A stretch of DNA of 64,000 bases from an uncultured Alphaproteobacteria bacterium (GTDB taxonomy: Bacteria; Pseudomonadota; Alphaproteobacteria; Rs-D84): positions 116,433 through 180,432 of the forward strand of contig CALXMU010000002.1 of assembly GCA_944389555.1 (NCBI GenBank). The letters run 5' to 3'. A model generated the notes under the pieces. It saw only the letters and a program-made list of their open reading frames with translations, was not told the DNA's origin and did no database searches. Shown one piece after another: positions 59,878 through 64,000 of the stretch. How positions within the stretch are numbered: position 1 is the first letter of the stretch; every line of letters starts with the position of its first letter. Position numbers and translations under genes: made by a program.

Positions 59878-62274
59878 ATGGCAGATGATATAAAGAAAAT
59901 TCACGATCGTGAAACTAAATGGCAACAACGTTGGATTGAATCTGGTGCCTTTACACCAAAAAATGACGGCAGTAAAAAGCCTTTCTATATGCTGGCAGAG
60001 TTCCCCTTCCCGTCTGGTGCCGGTTTACATGGCGGTCATATGTTGAATTATACGGGGTGCGATGTTATGGCGCGTTTTCGTCGTATGCAGGGATATGATG
60101 TTTTGTATCCTATGGGATTTGATTCTTTGGGTATTTCCGCTGAAGCGTTCGCTACAAAAATTGGTAAGCACCCTTCTGTCGTTGTAAAAGAGTTGGTGCA
60201 GAAATTTACGAAAAGCATGATTGAAATGGGGTGGTCCATTGATTTGAAATCTCAATTTGCGACTTCTGACCCTGAATACATAAAGTGGACTCAATGGATG
60301 TTTATCCAGTTCTTTAAGGCTGGTTTGGCTTATAAGTCTATGTTGCCGATGAACTGGTGCCCGCATTGCCGTACCACTTTAACTAATGAAGAATTGGAAG
60401 ATGGCAAGTGCAATCGTTGTCATGGTCAGGTCGAAATTCGTGAAAAAATGCAGTGGAATCTGGCAATTACAAAATATGCTCAGCGTTTGCTGGATGATTT
60501 GAAATTGGTTGATTATCCAGAACGTGTAAAGCGTGACCAGATAAACTGGATTGGCAAATCGACCGGTGCAGATGTGGACTTTATGGTGGGTGAAGATAAG
60601 ATGACAGTATATACCACCCGTCCCGATACCATTTTCGGCGTGACGTTTTGTGCGATTGCGCCAGAGCACAAGTTATTAGCAAAGTGGTTGGACGAAGGTA
60701 AAATTACAAATGCAGATGAAGTTCGTAATTATATAAAAGAGTCTGCGGCTAAGTCTGAATTTGATCGTACAGACGTTACCAAAGAAAAGACAGGCGTTAA
60801 ATTGGGCGGTATAATGGCAAAGAATCCTTATACTGGGGACGAGATACCTGTTTTTGTTGCGGACTATGTATTGGTAAATTATGCGCATGGTACAATTATG
60901 GCTGTGCCGGCACATGATGAACGCGACTGGGATTTTGCTAAAAAGTTTGGCATTAAAATCATTCCTGTAATCGCTGGTGGTGAACCAGACAAAGTTTGGG
61001 AAGGTGATGGTGAACACATCAATTCCGGGTTTATGGACGGTATGAATAAGGCAGATGCGATTGCTGCGGCCATTAAGTACGGTGAAGAACACGGTTTTGC
61101 GCGTCCTAAAACTCGTTTTAGAATGAGCGATTGGGGATTTTCTCGTCAGATGTACTGGGGGGAGCCTATTCCGCTAGTTTATTGTGAGAAATGTGGTTGG
61201 GTACCAGTGCCAGAATCTGAATTACCGTTAATGCAACCATATATGGAAGATTATCAGCCAACAGAAGACGGTGAAAGTCCATTGGCTCGCGCAACAGATT
61301 GGGTAAATACCACCTGCCCTCATTGTGGCGGAGCCGCACGTCGTGAAACTGATACTATGCCACAGTGGGCTGGATCTTCTTGGTACTATATGAGATATTT
61401 AGATCCGCACAATGACAAAGAATTTTGTTCTCGGGAACAAATGGAAAAATGGATGCCTGTTGACCATTATAACGGTGGTAATGAGCACAATACACGCCAT
61501 TTGATTTATTCTCGGTTCTGGCATAAGGCTTTATATGATTTAGGCTTTGTAAATACTGTAGAGCCGTATAAGAAAAGAACTACAAATGGGTTGCTGATGG
61601 GGACTGACGGTAAAAAAATGTCTAAATCAGCTGGTAACGGATTTCAAGTAGACGAAAAAGTTGCAGAAATCGGTGCAGACGCGGCGCGTACGACGGTTTT
61701 ATCCTTGGGACCATGGGACACAAATGTAAACTGGTCCGAAGGTGCGCTGGCGGGCGTTCAACGTTTCTTAAAGCGTGTAGAAAATATGACCGATAATTTA
61801 ACCGACGAGCCAATGACGGCAGAACAAGAACGTTTAGTTCATCAATTGATTGCCGATATGACAGAACGTTTAGAAAACATGCGCTTTAATACAGCAATTT
61901 CCGCTATGATGGAGTTTATAAATGAATTTAGCGGTAAAATGCCTCGTTATGCTTATGAAGTTCTGATTCAGATGCTGAACCCATTTGCGCCACATATGAC
62001 AGAAGAAATCTGGGAAAAGTTGGGGCATAAGGAAATGTTAGTATTTCAGCCTTGGCCGACGTACGATGAAGCAAAGTTAGTAAAAGCAACGATGACAATT
62101 GTTACATCTATAAACGGTAAGCGTTCTGCTGAATTTGAAATACCGGTTTCTGTTTCCGAAGCCGAACTTATTGAAGCAGCGAAAAGTGCGGCCGCGAAAA
62201 AACTGGATGGTTTGGAAATAATAAAGACAATTGTTGTTCCTAATAAGTTAGTGAATTTCGTTGTAAAGAAATGA
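59878..62274 (+). CDS. leuS: Leucyl-tRNA synthetase
   Basis: Class I HIGH-like region (GLHGGH), KMSKS, a zinc-binding CPHC...CNRCH and a CP1 editing insertion. Start refined to MADDIKK. Confidence 0.75.
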   Translation: MADDIKKIHDRETKWQQRWIESGAFTPKNDGSKKPFYMLAEFPFPSGAGLHGGHMLNYTGCDVMARFRRMQGYDVLYPMGFDSLGISAEAFATKIGKHPSVVVKELVQKFTKSMIEMGWSIDLKSQFATSDPEYIKWTQWMFIQFFKAGLAYKSMLPMNWCPHCRTTLTNEELEDGKCNRCHGQVEIREKMQWNLAITKYAQRLLDDLKLVDYPERVKRDQINWIGKSTGADVDFMVGEDKMTVYTTRPDTIFGVTFCAIAPEHKLLAKWLDEGKITNADEVRNYIKESAAKSEFDRTDVTKEKTGVKLGGIMAKNPYTGDEIPVFVADYVLVNYAHGTIMAVPAHDERDWDFAKKFGIKIIPVIAGGEPDKVWEGDGEHINSGFMDGMNKADAIAAAIKYGEEHGFARPKTRFRMSDWGFSRQMYWGEPIPLVYCEKCGWVPVPESELPLMQPYMEDYQPTEDGESPLARATDWVNTTCPHCGGAARRETDTMPQWAGSSWYYMRYLDPHNDKEFCSREQMEKWMPVDHYNGGNEHNTRHLIYSRFWHKALYDLGFVNTVEPYKKRTTNGLLMGTDGKKMSKSAGNGFQVDEKVAEIGADAARTTVLSLGPWDTNVNWSEGALAGVQRFLKRVENMTDNLTDEPMTAEQERLVHQLIADMTERLENMRFNTAISAMMEFINEFSGKMPRYAYEVLIQMLNPFAPHMTEEIWEKLGHKEMLVFQPWPTYDEAKLVKATMTIVTSINGKRSAEFEIPVSVSEAELIEAAKSAAAKKLDGLEIIKTIVVPNKLVNFVVKK

Positions 62275-62300
62275 AAAAACGCCCTTTCGGGCGTTTTTTT
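62275..62300. terminator. Bidirectional terminator between leuS and rpiB
   Basis: AAAAAACGCCC-tttc-GGGCGTTTTTTT. Confidence 0.6.
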
Positions 62301-62745
62301 AAGATATTTTTTCTATTCTTCGAATTCGACGTTCAATTGCATCAAACGGGCTTTCTAAAAATGCACGAGTAATTAAAAAAGATACTTCTATGTCTAAATC
62401 GTCTGCCGCCAGTGCCAAAACATTGATGTCGTCATGAAATCGGTCGTCGCGCGCCTGATCTGGGCGATCGCAGCGAGAGGCACGAATGTGGCGATAGCGA
62501 TTCGCTGCAATTTGCATTCCTGCCCCGGTACCGCAAATTAAGATTCCACGTGATTTTTCGTCATTAAGCATTGCGTCCGCTAGTGTCTTGGCAATGTCTG
62601 GAAAATCTACAGGCGTCTTTACGTCGTCTGTTCCAAGATTTACAACGGTATAACCAACGGCGCTTAACATTTCTATCAAGTATAACTTTACCCCTACTCC
62701 GCGGTGGTCGGCTGCAATGTATACTTTAGATATAGTTTTATTCAT
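62299..62745 (-). CDS. rpiB: Ribose-5-phosphate isomerase B (RpiB/LacAB family)
   Basis: KVYIAADHRG...GILICGTGAGMQIAANR. Confidence 0.75.
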   Translation of the reverse strand: MNKTISKVYIAADHRGVGVKLYLIEMLSAVGYTVVNLGTDDVKTPVDFPDIAKTLADAMLNDEKSRGILICGTGAGMQIAANRYRHIRASRCDRPDQARDDRFHDDINVLALAADDLDIEVSFLITRAFLESPFDAIERRIRRIEKIS

Positions 62746-63091
62746 TTTTTTTGTCCTTTCTTTTGGCCAACTTGCATTCCAGACCGGTGTTGCCAGTAAT
62801 ATTTAATGTGAAATAAGATAACGTCCCCGTCATTTGAGCGTTACTAAACACGTTCGCAGTGGTTACAATTGCCGGCCCGTCCAGCGTTCCGTGTAAGAAT
62901 AAGTTAGTCGCTGTAACTTTCCCTATGACTTTCCCACCGCGCCCTATTACAACGGTTTCTGCCGTTATATTACCGACAACGTGACCATGAATTTGTACAG
63001 TATGGTCTGTTTTCATGTCCCCAGTCAACTTACAGCCTGCCCCGATAATTGTCGGTGACGTTTTTTCTTTAGCGTTTGTAAATGCCAGCAT
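62738..63091 (-). CDS. Bactofilin (CcmA-like polymer-forming cytoskeletal protein)
   Basis: Repetitive beta-helical G/V/T-rich core (VVGNITAETVVIGRGGKVIGKVTATNL...), typical of DUF583. Confidence 0.7.
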   Translation of the reverse strand: MLAFTNAKEKTSPTIIGAGCKLTGDMKTDHTVQIHGHVVGNITAETVVIGRGGKVIGKVTATNLFLHGTLDGPAIVTTANVFSNAQMTGTLSYFTLNITGNTGLECKLAKRKDKKNE

Positions 63092-63094
63092 TTT

Positions 63095-63952
63095 TTATTC
63101 CTTTACAAATTTTGCGGGATCAAATGGAACGCCCTTGTACCGTATCTCGTAGTGCAAGTGCGGTCCTGTTGAACGTCCTGTTGAACCTGCTAGACCGACT
63201 ACTGTACCCGGACGAACCCAATCGCCACGAGCCACAGTTATCTGAGATAAATGTGCATATAATGTAGTAAAACCTAATCCATGATCAATCTCAACTGTTG
63301 TGCCGTAACCAACGCGCTCACCCGCAGAAACAACACGACCAGGTGCAACCGCCATCAGTTCTGTGCCTATTTTACCGGCAAAGTCAATTCCGCGGTGTCT
63401 TTTTTGTTCACCCGTGAAAGGGTCTTCCCTGGTGCCAAAATTTGAGGTCACTCTAACATTTTCAACGGGGGCACCAATCGGTAAAATGGTATTTAGTTTA
63501 GCTAACCCATTCCATAATTCTAAGTCGTCCGCAAGTTGTTGATACTTAGGATCCATGTCTTTGTCAAATTCAATCGGACTGAATGCAGAACCAACCAATT
63601 GATTAGAGAACTTATTCGCGCTTTGAACCAACTTATTTTGCGTTAAACCCAATGCAGCAATCGTGCCGCTGATTTTTTTCATATTATCACGAAGTTCTTC
63701 AATATTGTCTTTCGTTAGTTTTGATACAACGTCAAAAATTTTTGTGTCTGCCGTAATTATTTCTTGCATTGATTCTGCTAATTGAGCATTACGAGCTTTC
63801 AATGCATCGTTTTCTGCGCGCGTCAGTTCAAATTCTGCAGATAGTTCGGACATCTTTGTATATTCGGCGGTATAATCTTCGTTCGTAAACATTTCCGTTA
63901 GTCTTGTGCGTAGAAAGTCCAATTCTCCCCATGTCTTTATACGACTGTTCAT
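63095..63952 (-). CDS. M23/LytM peptidase with an N-terminal coiled coil (may extend upstream beyond this ORF start)
   Basis: HRGIDFAGKIGTELMAVAPGRV...HLHYEIRYKG contains the LytM motifs HxxxD and HxH. Confidence 0.7.
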   Translation of the reverse strand: MNSRIKTWGELDFLRTRLTEMFTNEDYTAEYTKMSELSAEFELTRAENDALKARNAQLAESMQEIITADTKIFDVVSKLTKDNIEELRDNMKKISGTIAALGLTQNKLVQSANKFSNQLVGSAFSPIEFDKDMDPKYQQLADDLELWNGLAKLNTILPIGAPVENVRVTSNFGTREDPFTGEQKRHRGIDFAGKIGTELMAVAPGRVVSAGERVGYGTTVEIDHGLGFTTLYAHLSQITVARGDWVRPGTVVGLAGSTGRSTGPHLHYEIRYKGVPFDPAKFVKE

Positions 63953-64000
63953 CAGTTCTTCTTTCTTTGCGTCACTTAGATTTTTAGTATTTAAGATTTT

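Overview
This 64-kb window comes from a low-GC (~38-42%) Gram-negative chromosome. The gene repertoire (Lpt, BamE-like, OmpA-like, autotransporters, CdnL, CtpA plus an EnvC-like M23 peptidase, RodZ, TlyA, bactofilin) fits a host-associated proteobacterium, possibly an alphaproteobacterium, but I cannot confirm the taxon from sequence alone. Most of the window is housekeeping backbone: tsf (partial), tyrS, ctpA, a 1168-aa nifJ-type pyruvate:ferredoxin oxidoreductase, lptB/lptC, eno, ssb, rho, uvrA, rlmE, rnhA, tkt, hisS, prfA, aroK, mscL, tlyA, leuS, rpiB, two tRNAs (Pro-TGG on +, Arg-TCT on -) and many clear rho-independent terminators. The main accessory region is a lower-GC island of about 11 kb, starting directly 3' of tRNA-Pro (27.7-38.5 kb). 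It carries a large serine recombinase, a DUF2924-like gene, a truncated second recombinase, a 4-gene minus-strand operon and a divergent KAP-family P-loop NTPase. The operon encodes two Dam/D12-class m6A methyltransferases, an AlwI/N.BstNBI-family type IIS endonuclease, and an unknown 455-aa protein that is translationally coupled to the endonuclease. The most unusual backbone feature is a free-standing 172-aa protein homologous only to the M-domain of SRP54/Ffh. It has no NG GTPase domain and is tightly coupled to two tandem paralogous ~95-aa proteins, between uvrA and rlmE. Other points of note: a Fic/Doc-fold protein whose catalytic His is replaced by Gln; a 23-residue-repeat LRR protein co-operonic with ctpA; an MscL with a C-terminal CxxC-CxxC zinc ribbon; a 1.1-kb strongly GT-skewed non-coding tract containing a G9 run and perfect palindromes; and a small promoter/terminator-bounded 51-aa protein gene missed by the ORF track. 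No CRISPR array, rRNA or IS element was seen.
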